In this document: one piece after another, positions 1-15,218 of the stretch
Layout of the letters: the number at the start of each line of letters is the position of its first letter
Numbering within the stretch: position 1 is the first letter of the stretch
From: Octopus vulgaris
Taxonomy: Eukaryota
NCBI GenBank assembly: GCA_951406725.2
Contig: OX597814.1
Coordinates: forward strand, 112,344,001-112,408,000
Reading direction: 5' to 3'
DNA: 64,000 nucleotides
Position numbers and translations under genes: made by a program
Notes under the pieces: generated by a model
Told to the model about the DNA's origin: nothing
Databases searched by the model: none
Seen by the model: the letters and a program-made list of their open reading frames with translations, nothing else

Positions 1-151
1 ATTAATATGGTAGACAGAATAAGTAACAGACTTCAACTGGGTAATGGAGTCGAACTGACTGGCTAAATCCTTCAGCACGGTGCCCCAGTATGGCTGCAGT
101 CCACTAACTGAAACAAATAAATAAATATAAAAATGAAAGAAAGAATATGTG

Positions 152-455
152 GGCGCAGGAGTGGCTACGTGGTAAGCAGCTTGCTTCCCAACCACATGGT
201 TCTGGGTTCAGTCCCACTTGTGAGTGGATTTGGTGCACGGAAACTGAAAGAAGCCCTATATATATATGTGTGTGTGTGTGTGTCCATCATCGCTTGACAA
301 CCGATGCTGGTTGTTTACATCCCCATAACTTACCGGTTCGGCCAAAGAGAACGATAGAATAAATACTAGGCTTACAAAGAATAAGTCCTGGGGTCGATTT
401 GTTCGAGTAAAACCGGTGCTCCAGCATGACCGCAGCTTTGAAGCTGAAACATTTT
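152..455 (+). mobile_element. SINE family A (tRNA head, CORE-like domain, internal microsatellite), internally deleted
   Basis: ggcgcaggagtggct...ggttcagtccc head; tail gtgctccagcatg...gaaac. Confidence 0.8.
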
Positions 456-584
456 AAAGAATTTATATACATTAACAAGCAATATATTTTTACTTAGATT
501 TTGATTCACGACCATTATTTAAATTTCTTCCGACTGTTATTAATTAATTTTATTTATATAATTACAAACGTAAATTAGTCGACT

Positions 585-990
585 AACTGCCAGAATTGTT
601 AGCGCGCCGGACAAAAAGCTAAGCGGCATTTCGTCCGTCTTTACGTTCTGAGTTCAAATTCCGCCGAGGTCGACTTTGCCTTTCATTCTTTCGGTGTTAA
701 TAAAATAAGTAATCAACTTCCGTTTCCCCTCAAAATCGCTGGCCTGGTGCCAAAATTTGAAAGAATTATTAGGCATGTAAAAAAGGGCGCACGAATTAGC
801 GAATTCTTTTACGGCGTCGGAAAAAACACCTTGGGGTATTCATTTCATCTTTTTACATTCTGAATTCAAATCCCGCCGAGGTCAACTTCCACGATTCATC
901 TATTCTAGGCTGATAAAATATAGTATCGTTAAAGTACTAGGAACGGCTTCATCGACCAAGCCCTCCCCTCTAAAATTGTTAGCCTGCGTG
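585..990 (+). mobile_element. SINE family B (Nin/Deu-like central domain), two adjacent diverged copies
   Basis: ttctgagttcaaattccgccgaggtcgactttgcctttcat...ataa...agta motif occurs twice. Confidence 0.7.
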
Positions 991-1378
991 TAGCACAAGT
1001 ATAATTATTACACTCGCCACTGAAAGCTACTTAACTATGCGTAAATGTTGACATAAGCGCCCCTGTGAAGCGGTTCAAATGAAAGTGACAAGTTAATATT
1101 TTGTTTCTTAGTCAGAACTGCTGTAACGCATGTTGTTTATCTTATCTCTAGGTAGCAAACTGCTATGAGGTCCGTATAAGCTATACACGTATCTATATAT
1201 CTATATACGAGCATTCTATCTAACTATCTCTATTATGTGTGGGTAAATAAATTTCTTCTGACAAGCAGTATATTAAAAGAGAAAACCAAAATTTTAGCTT
1301 TCTCTTGACATCAGAGAAGCGATCCTTGAATTTAATAGAAAATCGTTTTATATACACTATAAAATACGTAAAAACACG

Positions 1379-1435
<57 letters not shown>

Positions 1436-2700
1436 CATGTATGTATGTATATATATATATATATATGTATATATTTATATATGTATGTATGTATATTTAT
1501 ATATATGTATGTATGTGCATATATATATATATGCATGTATGTGCATATATATATATATGTATGTATGTGCATATATATATATATATATATATACATGGAT
1601 GGATGGATGGATGTAGATAGGCTTAAGAGACAGAATCACCCTCAAGCAACTCAATCATCACTGAACGACATTATCCATGATAGGTACATATAGGACTAAA
1701 TATTAAAAAATTAATCAAAATTAATATCTTCAATTCTTATTCTAAATCATATACTTTACATTATATAGACTACGCACGTTTCATGACAACATATTCCTCG
1801 ATATTGCTGAAATAGCTCTCGAAATACAATACCATATTAAAACGATTATATTGCCAATCTTCATATATATATATAAAATATATTTATATATATCAATCTC
1901 TGTGTGTTGGAGAGAGAGGTTGAGAGACATATGCGAATACATACATATTAATTTGTATAAACCAAAGTATATAGATCCCAGATTCTCCTTATAATTACAG
2001 CAAAAAAATATTCGGCCTTTCAAATATTCTCCGGCCATCTTCAGTGGCCGTGACAACTCTCCGTATTCAAAACGGAATACTTTATTTCATCCACGACGGT
2101 AAATGGTTTTGATTCCGTAATTCATATTCGGGGATGTTCGAAAATGACTTATTCTGTTATTCTCCTTCGAGCATATGGGAAAATGAGAAGAATCCTAACC
2201 CAAGATAGTGTAAGCCCAATTTTATTAATCTATCAAGCCATATATATATATATATAAAGTACAAAATGGGACAAGAACGCAAAACATCCGGATGACTAGG
2301 TGATACAAAAAAGGACAACAAAACATCCAGATAGACGATACAAAAAAACAAGGACGGGTCATTCGAAACCTTTTATCTTCAGTCAAGAACAGGATCATTC
2401 TCGCAATTTCGGCTGTGTATATACATGCATGTGCGTCAGCGTATACATTCATGCGATACAGCTATAAATAAGGATATGCATTATATCTATATGTGTTTGC
2501 GTGTGTGCGTATATATGAATCTATGTAAGCAAATATATCACCTTATCTCCATGATCCATTATACGAGTTACGATAGCTATTATCTACCTATATATGTAAA
2601 TAAAAAGATATTTATACACGCATATACCCATGTATAAATACACACACATCCATATATATATATGTATGCACACACATTCACACATTTACAGACGCAAATA

Positions 2701-2762
<62 letters not shown>

Positions 2763-2850
2763 TCTTTCCTTCTTTCCTGAGCGTACAATAATACTATATT
2801 TGTTCCACGTCCTCGCGTCGTTGTGTTTTTTTGTGCTTTCTTGTTTGGAT

Positions 2851-2905
<55 letters not shown>

Positions 2906-3002
2906 ATATATATATACGTGTGTGTGTGTGAGTGTTGCCATATATGTAATATTTATACATGTATGCATATATTTAAATATACAATTGTACATTTACACAG
3001 GT

Positions 3003-3155
3003 GTACGTTCTGAGTTCAAATTCCGCCGTGGTCGACTTTGCCTTCTATCATTTTGGTGTCGATAAATTAAGTACCAATTGCGTACAGGTGTCGATCTGAT
3101 CGAATGGTGCCCCCTCCCCCAAAATTTCGGGCCTTGTGCCTAGAGTAGAAAAGAA
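3003..3155 (+). mobile_element. SINE family B, 5'-truncated
   Basis: Central domain plus tail ggccttgtgcctagagtagaaaaga. Confidence 0.75.
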
Positions 3156-3223
3156 TATATGCATGCATATATATATATACATATGTATGTATGTATACGT
3201 GTATATATGTATGTATGTATATG

Positions 3224-3328
<105 letters not shown>

Positions 3329-3606
3329 TATACACACACACGCGCGCTATATCTATATGTGTTTGCGTGTGCGTAGATATGAATTTATGTAAGCGAATAT
3401 ACCACCTTATCTCCATGATCGTTACACAAGTTACGACAGTTCATCTGATCGTTGTATCATCCGCATAGCATACATACTTTTACATACCTACAAATTGTAC
3501 GTATAAAAGCGATACACGTTTCCAGAATTTTCCAAATTGGGTTCAGTAAATTAAAACACTCCAAACCCTTCTTTGATTGTTACACATACATACTGCCTAC
3601 TTGCCA

Positions 3607-3672
<66 letters not shown>

Positions 3673-3675
3673 TTA

Positions 3676-3747
<72 letters not shown>

Positions 3748-3787
3748 TATATGCGCATATATATACATACACAAGCATGTATGTATG

Positions 3788-3819
<32 letters not shown>

Positions 3820-4042
3820 TACGTGCACATGTATGTATGGATATATGTCCATACTGAGGTTATTCCTACATCTTTATATATATATGTGTGTGTGTGTATG
3901 TGTGTGTGTGTGCATAACGAATTTATATATATATATATGTGTGTGTATATATATATATATATACACACACATATAAATTCGTTAACTTATGCATATATGC
4001 ATGTATGTTTCAGCGCCTATAAATATGTGTGTGATGCATATA

Positions 4043-4079
<37 letters not shown>

Positions 4080-4194
4080 GCATATATATGCACATTGGAA
4101 TATATACTTACGTACATTTTCGTTCTATATATGTGTGTGTGTATGTATATTTATCTCTGTCTCTATCTTATGAACGTATATAATATAATACAAA

Positions 4195-4248
<54 letters not shown>

Positions 4249-4368
4249 TGTATGCATGTGTACTTGTTTGTCTATGCAGTTTTCTGCTTGTTTATGTTTG
4301 TATATACATTTTACACAAAGATATATGACATGTCTTTATACTAAATATATAGTGAAAGATTATATTTG

Positions 4369-4410
<42 letters not shown>

Positions 4411-5197
4411 CAAATATTATGTATGTATATATATATGTATGTATGTATATTAAAGTTTGTTTTTATGTTCCTTTATAATAAAAACAATTTTACATTAATC
4501 GCATGGGTTACTCTCCGCTTTTGTAGAGGACAAACTTATTATTCTTATACAAGAATATTGTTGACTTCGAAGTTGCAGTTAGCTGTTTGTGTGCGTATGT
4601 GTGTTTTTGTATTGTGTAGATAGAAACAGCGATTTACATATTGTAGCAAAATATATTTGAATACGAGCGCATATGTACACACATACACATAAATGCGCCC
4701 TTAAAAATGTGGTTTTCTTTTTGTAATGACAACCAGCAAGAGACACACACTGACTCAAGGGCAATACACGAAAATCTTAGCTCTTGAGTCTCTCTTTAAT
4801 TTTTGCCAAATAATAATTGAAAATTATCATAGGAAAAAAATATATGAAAAAAAAAATCATGTATTGAGTTCTTCTTTGTATACCGAACCTACATATATAT
4901 TTACCTGTTTGTGTATATAAGTATACATACCTCTATATACATGCTTGCTTTCCGTTTTAGTCTCAAAAATATATACCTGTTGCCGGTGGCTATCAGTGGG
5001 AGATTAATTTCAAAACATGTTGTAAGAATGTATAAGCTTCCGGTGGGATCAAGCCTGGTTCCTGGTTTTCCATATTCCTTTCGCAACCAATTATTTATGC
5101 ATCTTATGTCCTTAATGCTTCTGAGATAACGATAAACACCACAACATCACATCTCATCATTCCAGTCTTCGTTATGTAATAGAGAAAATATCTCCAA

Positions 5198-5241
<44 letters not shown>

Positions 5242-5255
5242 TTATTTATTTATTT

Positions 5256-5335
5256 GTGTAGCTGATGATAGCTCTGCATTTAAATTGATGTAATTATTCA
5301 ATTAATTGGAGCCGCTTGAAACGGTCATACTGCAT
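5256..5335 (+). ncRNA. Type I hammerhead-like motif with long stem II, slightly decayed
   Basis: gtgtag-CTGATGA-tagc...gctt-GAAA-cggtca-TA-ctgcat; 6-bp stem I with G-U pairs; stem II extension aattga/tcaatt; stem III imperfect. Confidence 0.6.
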
Positions 5336-5361
5336 CACTTAATATCCTGTTGCTTATTTTG

Positions 5362-5400
<39 letters not shown>

Positions 5401-5772
5401 TATATATGTAATATATATATATAGTATATATATGTAATATATATATATATGTGTGTGTAAGTATGTATATATGTATATATATATCTATATATATATATGT
5501 TCATATGTGTGTGTGGTGGGGTGTTAGTGCTTGTTATTTTTTATGTTCAGTTATTATAAAATCAATCTGACATTAATCTGATGGGTTACTCTATAATTTT
5601 GTAGAGTACAAATGTATTATTCTTAAAGTGAAATATTATTGACAGTGACTTCGGAGTTTCACCCAGTTAGGCTATCGTTGATAGTCCGACTACGGCTTGA
5701 CTGGCCGAAATTTTACTACCAATAATATTTTTGTATATATATACTTATACACACACACACACACACACACAC

Positions 5773-5834
<62 letters not shown>

Positions 5835-5973
5835 TTTATATACATACACACACTCATATGCTTATATGTAGATATATGCACATACATGCACCATACATAC
5901 ATAAGTATATATATCTGTGTGTGTATATAATTCATAAACAAAAAATTATATATTTATATATTTTTGTTTATAA

Positions 5974-6004
<31 letters not shown>

Positions 6005-6023
6005 AATAAAACTCTTAAACAAT

Positions 6024-6058
<35 letters not shown>

Positions 6059-6672
6059 CATACATACATACATACATACATACATACATACATACATACA
6101 TACATACATACATACATACATACATACATACATACATACATACATACATACCCAGTCGAATGAATGATCTGGAGTGTTCCAATCGTGGCTATACCATCAT
6201 GTTACCGATATTTCGTTCTACATTGTACAAAGGGCCCTTTTTTGTCTTCCACACTACGATCTGATTTGCCAGACATCTTATCTGGTTGTTTATTATTCTT
6301 GACATTACCACCACCACCCACACCTCATCGACCGTGAATATTGGTTTACATTTCGACAAGTAATAATAACGACCCTTAGATTTCGTAAGAGAACTGTATG
6401 GGCGATTTCTGTTATTCTATCATTGAAGCCCACCCCTCGAACCTATTCGAGACTAAAATGAAAACTACGTCAAGTGACCGAGAATCGAAACCGATACTCG
6501 TCGGTAATCGGCGGTTGTTTACAAACTCATCTAGTGTACAACACTCAAATGCTTCCGACCTCCCAGGGGGGTGACTTGAATCTCGGTCTTTGGTTAACTA
6601 ACAGCATAACGTATTATGACTATAACACTGTCTTGTGCCAAAGCAAATGTTAACATCTATAATAGAAAGAAC

Positions 6673-6724
<52 letters not shown>

Positions 6725-7012
6725 TGCGTGTGCGATGCAAGAATAATAATCGCTATTCTAGGGTGTATCTACAGGCTATCCTTAAGTTGCAGGTTTTGCG
6801 TTTTCGTTTTTCACAGCGTAAAAAGTGAAAAATGCTAAACTCCGAGTCAGCGCAGAACCAGATCGCAATTTTGCACAAACCAATAAAGTTCCCTCCATAC
6901 CTAAATATAACATAATATAATATAGCATAATATGGTATGATATGATATAATACAAAATATATACATAAGGTTATTTTCTTTACCCTGTTTATAAACACAA
7001 AACGTGTGTGTA

Positions 7013-7072
<60 letters not shown>

Positions 7073-7248
7073 GTAAAGGGGTAGGGATTTGTAATCAGGG
7101 CACGTACCTTATTATCACTTTGATATGCTCCAGATCTGGCTGATCACATCGAATGATAGGGAATATATAAAGAATTGTTTAAGAGAAACAATTACACGGA
7201 CGGCACTTCACACGATGGCTAAATCCAGTGTTCTCTTCATACAAAGTA

Positions 7249-7285
<37 letters not shown>

Positions 7286-7417
7286 TACGCGTGCACACAT
7301 ACATATATACATATACGTAAACAGATACATATATATATATATATATATATACTAATACAATTGTTCGTTTGTTTTCCACCTGCCTTCGTCTTTTGTTTAT
7401 TTTCATAAAGCCTCCCG

Positions 7418-7459
<42 letters not shown>

Positions 7460-7474
7460 TGATATATCTGTATG

Positions 7475-7524
<50 letters not shown>

Positions 7525-7968
7525 CCTCCCTTTTCTTTTGTAGATATGTGTATGTATGTATATGTGTGTGTGTTTACAGTATATATATATCATATTCTGG
7601 TTTAAATCGTGTCTAATACATAAAGAAAAAAATCATGATTTATTTATATATATATATAAATAATTAAGAAAGTTACTTTAATTATAGCTGTATAATCACA
7701 ACAACAGCAATGTGTGCAGGCCTCATCACACACATTGACAAAAACTCACACAGACACACAGACACAAAAAACCATAATAAAACAACAAACGATATGTCAG
7801 TTTAAATTCTAACTCTTTTCCAACAAGTTATCAATGTGTAAAATGTTGCGTGCGTATATGCGTGTGTGTTTGTGTATGTTAGTGCTCGGCTTTTTTTTTT
7901 TCTTTTCGTTTTTCAATTAACGATTTTTCATTAATTAATTAATTAAATTAATTAACAGTTGTACTTAC

Positions 7969-8031
7969 CTGTGTGGAAGATATGGAGTTGTTTGTTGACG
8001 GGTAGGTATATCCGAATTGGGGATATGACAT
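7969..8031 (-). CDS. Irx: First coding exon of an Iroquois (Irx, TALE class) homeobox gene; rest of gene probably beyond the left edge of the window
   Basis: Minus strand reads actATG-TCA-TAT-CCC-CAA-TTC-GGA-TAT-ACC-TAC-CCG...ACA-CAG|GTAAGT = MSYPQFGYTYPSTNNSISSTQ, with A at -3 and a perfect phase-0 donor. MSYPQFGY followed by a short S/T-rich stretch ending in Q matches the Irx N-terminal exon (cf. vertebrate IRX4 MSYPQFGYPYSSAPQ). No homeodomain exon was found in 1-7968, so the paralog cannot be assigned. Confidence 0.85.
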
Positions 8032-8520
8032 AGTATCCGAGACTTCAACGGCGCCACTACGCAGGTGTGTGCCGAGTTCCAAACAGGAAGGCGTCTCTCT
8101 CTCTCTCACACACACACTCCCACTCTCTCTCTCTCCCTCTTTCTCTCTCACCCTCTCACCCCCTCTCTCTCGTATTGGACCAGCCGTAGCCGTCGAGTTG
8201 CTTTTTTTTTCTATCTTTCTCCTTTTTTTTTTAGTTATATATTTATTTATTTATTTTTATTATGATTTATTATTTATTTATTTTCTCTCCTTGTTTTTAT
8301 GTAATTTCTGAATATTTTTTCTTCTCTTCCGTGCGCTTGCTGTTGCTACTGCTGCTACTACTGCTGCTACTGTTGCTGTTCCTCTTCCACCACCACCACC
8401 ACCACTACACCAACAACAACTACAACTACGAAAGTCACCGCCTCCGCTGCAGCCGCCGCCGCTTTCTCTTCTCCCGTTTAAATCAAACTCTTCTTCTTGT
8501 TTATTTTCTTCTCTGTGTCC
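8032..8520 (-). promoter_or_regulatory. Probable 5' UTR / proximal promoter of the Irx gene
   Basis: Directly upstream of the ATG; locally CpG-richer unique sequence mixed with GA, CAG and GGT repeats. The transcription start cannot be placed. Confidence 0.35.
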
Positions 8521-8610
8521 ACGACTTTTTAATTTTTCACAATATTTATTTTTCCTCCGAACTTTTAATTTCTGTGTATGTGTGTGTGCGCCTGTCTCTT
8601 TCTATTTGCC

Positions 8611-8693
<83 letters not shown>

Positions 8694-8798
8694 GTCACTC
8701 TGTCTGTCTGTCTATCTGTCTGTCTGTCTGTCTGTCCCTCTGTCGGTCTATCTGTCTATCTATGTATCTATCTATTTGTCTGCCTGCTTGCCTCTCTG

Positions 8799-8870
<72 letters not shown>

Positions 8871-8944
8871 GCTATCTATCTGTCTGTCTGTCTATTTATC
8901 TAGCTAGTTAGCTGTCTGACTGTCGGTCTGTCTATATATCTATC

Positions 8945-9001
<57 letters not shown>

Positions 9002-9067
9002 GTTTGTCTCTCTCTATCTATCTGTCTGTCTTTCTCTATATATATACACGCATGTAAAACAGACGCA

Positions 9068-9113
<46 letters not shown>

Positions 9114-9122
9114 CTTATTATT

Positions 9123-9165
<43 letters not shown>

Positions 9166-9506
9166 CAGCAGCAGCAGTTCTTTTTAACGTTGTAAATAAT
9201 AATAATAGTAATGCTACTACTACTTGTTGTGGTCGTTGTTTATTCGCTGTGGTGGTGATTCTGTTTATGTTCCATGTCGGCGTGTCTTAGGAGAGATAGA
9301 ATGAGCGAATAAGAGACTAACAGAATCAGAACAGAATAAGGGAACGGTAGATGCTCTTTTAGGCTTCTTTTTTTTTTCTCGCTGTTCTTTTAGTGGGAGC
9401 TTATTTTTAAAAAAATAGAAACTGTATTATTGATTTCTTCACACTAGTCAATATGCTGTATGTATGTATGTATGTATGTATGTATGTATGTATGTATGTA
9501 TGTATG

Positions 9507-9561
<55 letters not shown>

Positions 9562-9671
9562 ATGTATGTATATATATATATATATATATATATGGCTATT
9601 TATCTGTCTAATCTACTTATCTATATGTTTGTATAAATATATAAATATATATTTATGCATGTATATATATA

Positions 9672-9710
<39 letters not shown>

Positions 9711-9774
9711 CGAACTGTCTATCTCTCAATCAGTGTACAGGAATATGAATTTATCTATTTGTGCAATTAAATAC

Positions 9775-9874
<100 letters not shown>

Positions 9875-10101
9875 TATGTATGTATATATATGAACGTACG
9901 AGTTTTTTTATGTGTATGAAAACGTTGTTTTCTTTACTTTTCTTTTTCCTGTTATTCAATTCGTTGTTAATTAATTTCAATAATCACACAATAATTCCTG
10001 CCGAAAACTTTCTATTTCATTTCGAAAGATCCGGCACTAGCGTTATTGTACCTGATGCTACACCATCCTCATCATTATCTTCATTATCATCATCATTATT
10101 A

Positions 10102-10169
<68 letters not shown>

Positions 10170-10839
10170 TCCTAATTAATTTTTTTTTTTACACTTCAAT
10201 AGTAATTACGATTGGTGACTGAAATTGTGTATATTTGACTCCCATTTTTAGATATTTTAATCCGTAACAATTAGTCTTGGAAAAATGTAACAAAAAAGTA
10301 TTATATAAATATGTGTGTGTATGCGTTTGTGCATGTGTGTGTTTAGGTATCTGTTTATGTAGATAAGTATATGTGTGTGTGTGTGTACGTGTGTATTTGT
10401 GTAGTGATGTTGTTAATATTACAGCTGTTATTGTGTATATCTTCTTGATGTTGCGGTTGTTGTCGTCTCTGTTGATATGTCAGTATGAAGGTGGTGGCAG
10501 GTCTCTCTGTTCAGGTGAGTATTGTAGTTTCCAAAACAATTCTGCTTCTTAACACATATACATATAATACATATATACACACATATATATATGTGTGTAT
10601 GTATAAATATAAACGTTATTATTGGTGAGAATCCGGATGGAACTGCCGGCCGCAGAAGGGATAGAATAAACGGGTGGAATAAGGGTAGAATTGGTACGAG
10701 AAAAATATCGAGAATTCCGAGAGAAAATACCTCAAAATGTATACACCTACCCACATCCACACATAGACAGAAGAAACATCATCATCATCGTCATCATCAT
10801 AACCCTCATAATCATCATCATCATCGTCATCATCATCTG

Positions 10840-11103
10840 GCGGCCAGCTGGCGGAATCGTTAGTGCGTCGGACAAAACGTTTATCGGCATTTCTTTCGGC
10901 TCTTTCTGCGTTTTTCTGAGTTCAAAATTTCGTCGGTGGTGGGAGGCGGGGGTCACATGTTGTCTTTCATCCTTCTTTTCGGTGGGGGGTGTCCAATTTC
11001 GATAAAGTACCAGTCAAGTACAGACGGGAATCGATGATAACAATAACCGATCGGTCCCTTCCCCTTAAAAAAAATCGCCTGTGTTGAGCCAAAATCTGAA
11101 ACA

Positions 11104-11105
<2 letters not shown>
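10840..11105 (+). mobile_element. SINE family B, diverged
   Basis: ggcggccagctggcggaatcgttag head and ctgagttcaaa B-box-like motif. Confidence 0.65.
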
Positions 11106-11171
<66 letters not shown>

Positions 11172-11669
11172 GTACTAATTAGCTTATAAATCAATATTTT
11201 CTTATAAAAGTCTTTTCGAGAATAAACTCACGACATTCCCAGGGTTCGTTGCAAAAAGTGAGAAGATAACATAAGCGTGTGTTGTAGGTACGAATGTCGG
11301 CCATAGTCCCGCGCATTTTAATCAACCTCTGTTAATTATCCAATTAAGCTCGTTCTGGTGTGGGTGGTGGTCGAGATAAATGCCAAGTCGCTCTGATCAT
11401 GTTTAAGGGGGCAATTCTGGTCCATATCTCATCATCTTCACCTCCGTTTCCGCTCTGAACATGCGCAATTCTATACGTGGAGGGAAGCGGTGACTCCAGT
11501 AGGTGTTGCCAGCGTTCTCAGCGTCGCTTCGCTATCATTTTACAGCGTGTGTGTGTTTGTGTGTGTGTAATGGCTGTTATTCATTTCTCTATATTGCTGT
11601 TGTTGTTGCTGTTGTTGTAGCGACTCATGCTGCTTGCTTGTTGCTTTTAATGATGCTGGCTGTAATGAA

Positions 11670-12075
11670 TATGATGATGACGTTAGTGATAATGGCGACG
11701 AGGATGATGACGATGGCGATGGTGACGATGGCAATGATGATGATGATGATGATGATAGTGGTAGTGGTGGTGGTGGTGGTAGTGATGGTCGTCGTCGTCG
11801 TTGTGAGGATGATGGTAATGTTGATGACGATGACGATGATGATGATGATGATGAGGATGATGATGATGAGGAGGATGATGATGATTGTGATGATGATGAT
11901 GATGATGATGATGACGACGATCATGATGATGATGGTGATAACAATGACGATGACGGTGATGATGATGATGTTGATGATGATGATGGTGATGATGTTGACG
12001 GTTAGAAAGACGAGACACAGGACGACGATGACAGCGGCGGCGGCGTCGATGAGGAGGAGACGACGGTGGAGGATG
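11670..12075 (+). repeat. Degenerate (GAT/GAC/GGT)n tract
   Basis: About 400 nt of interrupted trinucleotide repeat. Confidence 0.9.
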
Positions 12076-12283
12076 AGCAAGCCTGTGGTATTCTAATTGC
12101 TGATATAAACAACAGTGTGCTATTTAGTTTTTCGGGTACTTCACTAGTTTTTCTCTAATTCCTGTTCTTTTTTTTTTTTTGTATTGTTAGCTTTTGGTTT
12201 TTCTCATTTTTTAACTACATAAATGTATTGAATCGAATATTTATAGGATACCAGGGTAGGGAGGACTGAAGGAGAGAAAGAAT

Positions 12284-12319
<36 letters not shown>

Positions 12320-12386
12320 AAGGACAGCAACTAGGAAAATGATAACACGAGAGAAATTTAGACATATTGACCCAGTATTGTGTGTG

Positions 12387-12420
<34 letters not shown>

Positions 12421-12777
12421 GGCATATATATCTAGATATATAAACATATATATATATATATAATATATATATATATGTTTATATATCTATATATATATGT
12501 ATATGTATGTATATATATATATATATATATACAGGCATATATATCTAGATATATAAACATATATATATATATAATATATATATATATACAGGCATATATA
12601 TCTAGATGTATAAACATATATATAATATATATGTATAAATATACAGACATGCACACACACAAATACACACACACACACACAAACAAACACACGCACACAC
12701 ACACACATAGAGAGAGCCAGACAGACTGAAAGACAGACAGACAGACAGATAGATAGTTAGGTAGGTAGATAGGTAGG

Positions 12778-12817
<40 letters not shown>

Positions 12818-12827
12818 TAGATAGATT

Positions 12828-12906
<79 letters not shown>

Positions 12907-13049
12907 TGATAGATAGATAGATATTAATGAATATATTAATGTATGTAATTTTGTGTGTGTGTGTGTAGAAATTACTGGTACTCATGTATGTAAAACATAA
13001 TCTTTACACGTGTATCCCCTCCATTTTCTTCTTGCCGTATATATATATG

Positions 13050-13080
<31 letters not shown>

Positions 13081-13555
13081 GCACACAAAAACACACACAC
13101 ACAGTTACAGAACTTAAATAATGTATATACATATATTATGGGCGTCTAGGTGTACATGTATATGTGTATGTGTATACGTCTGTAGAGATAAATACGATTA
13201 TTCTTATGAGAATGGCTAATTACTTAAATTTGTTAAATAGCAACATTTTTACAACTCGGGTTCTATTCAAAGTCTTAATTAGTCACATAAATAATTAATC
13301 AAATATGAAATTAACAAAGTAGTATTATACATCCACACACATGTACACTCACAAGAGCGCACACATGCGCACACACAGAGACACGCGCATATACTGTGCC
13401 TTGGTTAGCCGCGGGTGGAACTCCCCACTTTTGGCGATTTTTGTTAGAATTTTCTTCTCAATTGTTATTCATCGCCATTGTTCAAAATTCCACTTGTCTC
13501 CAGTAGTGTACTGTCTCTATTGGTTTTGTGTTCGGCCCTTGTGGCCATTATAGAA

Positions 13556-13721
<166 letters not shown>

Positions 13722-14202
13722 CTATCTATCTATATATATATATATATTCATACACACACACCACACACATGCGTGTACAGGCACTCATAAATGAGATAAC
13801 ACTTTTATTAATAGTTATCAATTTCCAAACATACATACACAATTACACACGCACACACACACACTATCACAAAATTAAAAAAAACCTCTCCAAACTCCTT
13901 TTAGCCCGATATTTGTCTTGATTATCACATACTTCTGACTAGACAAGCACTAGCGCACACACATACATTCGTATATGCATGTATGTTCGTGTATATGTGT
14001 GTGTGTAAATGTATATGTATGTATATATGTACATGCATGTACATACGTATGCATGTATGTGTGTATGTACGTACCTATACATATATAATTATGTATGCAT
14101 ATATTAAATAATGTATCATATATTATATGCATGTGTATACATCACATGATAATTATATATATCATTTTCTCTCTATCTGTCTCTCTCTCTTGTATATATA
14201 CA

Positions 14203-14252
<50 letters not shown>

Positions 14253-14256
<4 letters not shown>

Positions 14257-14500
14257 GTTGGTGCATAATTATTGTGACTTTTTTTAACAGCTTTTATTCA
14301 ACAAAAACAATAAGAACATGTAAGTAAAACATCTTTAAATGATTATTCCGGAGCATATTCACCATCTACTCCAATTACTGCTTCCCATTTGCTTGGCAGA
14401 CGGTCAGACCGTAATTTAAAAACGTTTTCATTAAATATTTTTATTGTCTTTTAATAAATATTTTTTTAATTGAAATAGCCGCAATAATTATGCACTAACC

Positions 14501-14503
<3 letters not shown>
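14253..14503 (-). mobile_element. Mariner (Tc1/mariner) internal-deletion derivative / MITE
   Basis: TIRs ttgggttggtgcataattattg / caataattatgcactaacccaa (similar to Hsmar1/MADE1 TIR) in (TA)n; 14343-14405(-) encodes DRLPSKWEAVIGVDGEYAPE*, a mariner transposase C-terminus. Confidence 0.85.
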
Positions 14504-14592
<89 letters not shown>

Positions 14593-14760
14593 ATCTAATG
14601 GATACAAATATCCATTAGATCTCTTTGATATTTTACGATATTTTAAATGACATATTCATTGAAGGAATAACTCTTCAAAATTTAATATATTAAACCAATG
14701 TATCTTCGATAAAATATCCCTATGAGAGGTTTAAATATCCTCATTGTGACTATATATCAT

Positions 14761-14822
<62 letters not shown>

Positions 14823-14917
14823 GTATGAATGTATGTATGTATATATATAATTCGCCATGATTGATCGCTAGCTACTGAACCTTTTTCTATTTTCTCTCCC
14901 TGTTTATTTCTGTGTTC

Positions 14918-14953
14918 CTTTCTGTTGAAGAGCGTAGACTCGAAACGTAAAAG
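14918..14953 (+). ncRNA. Minimal hammerhead-like motif (core CUGUUGA, A6U)
   Basis: cttt-CTGTTGA-a-gagcgtagactc-GAAA-cg-TA-aaag; same family as 15182-15218(-) and 23175-23210(+). Confidence 0.5.
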
Positions 14954-15045
14954 ACTTTCTCATTTCCCGAGCTTTAAACTAATACATCTTTTGTTGTTTA
15001 CACACCCGTCTTCGTCGGTTGCTTTTTTTGTAAATTCTCACTATG

Positions 15046-15100
<55 letters not shown>

Positions 15101-15181
15101 AGAGTTTACGATAAAAACAAAAGACAGGTGGTGTACAAAACAAACAGATGTATTAGTATAACGCTCAGGAATAGAAAAATT

Positions 15182-15218
15182 CTTTTACGTTTCGAGCCTA
15201 CGCTCTTCTACAGAAAAG
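15182..15218 (-). ncRNA. Minimal hammerhead-like motif (core CUGUAGA, A6U)
   Basis: Reverse complement: tttt-CTGTAGA-a-gagc gtag gctc-GAAA-cg-TA-aaag. Confidence 0.5.

Noticed and set aside
2258-2415. Hammerhead in the ttgactgaaga repeat family (also 46290-46420 and 49030-49150)
   Set aside because: CUGAAGA is present on the minus strand but without consistent stems or cleavage triplet.
7948-8151. 67-aa ORF as a complete gene
   Set aside because: The upstream part is GA repeat and the last residues read through a splice donor; only 7969-8031 is credible.
11634-12005. Asp-rich or His-rich protein exon
   Set aside because: Several frames on both strands are open simply because of the GAT repeat; no convincing splice sites.
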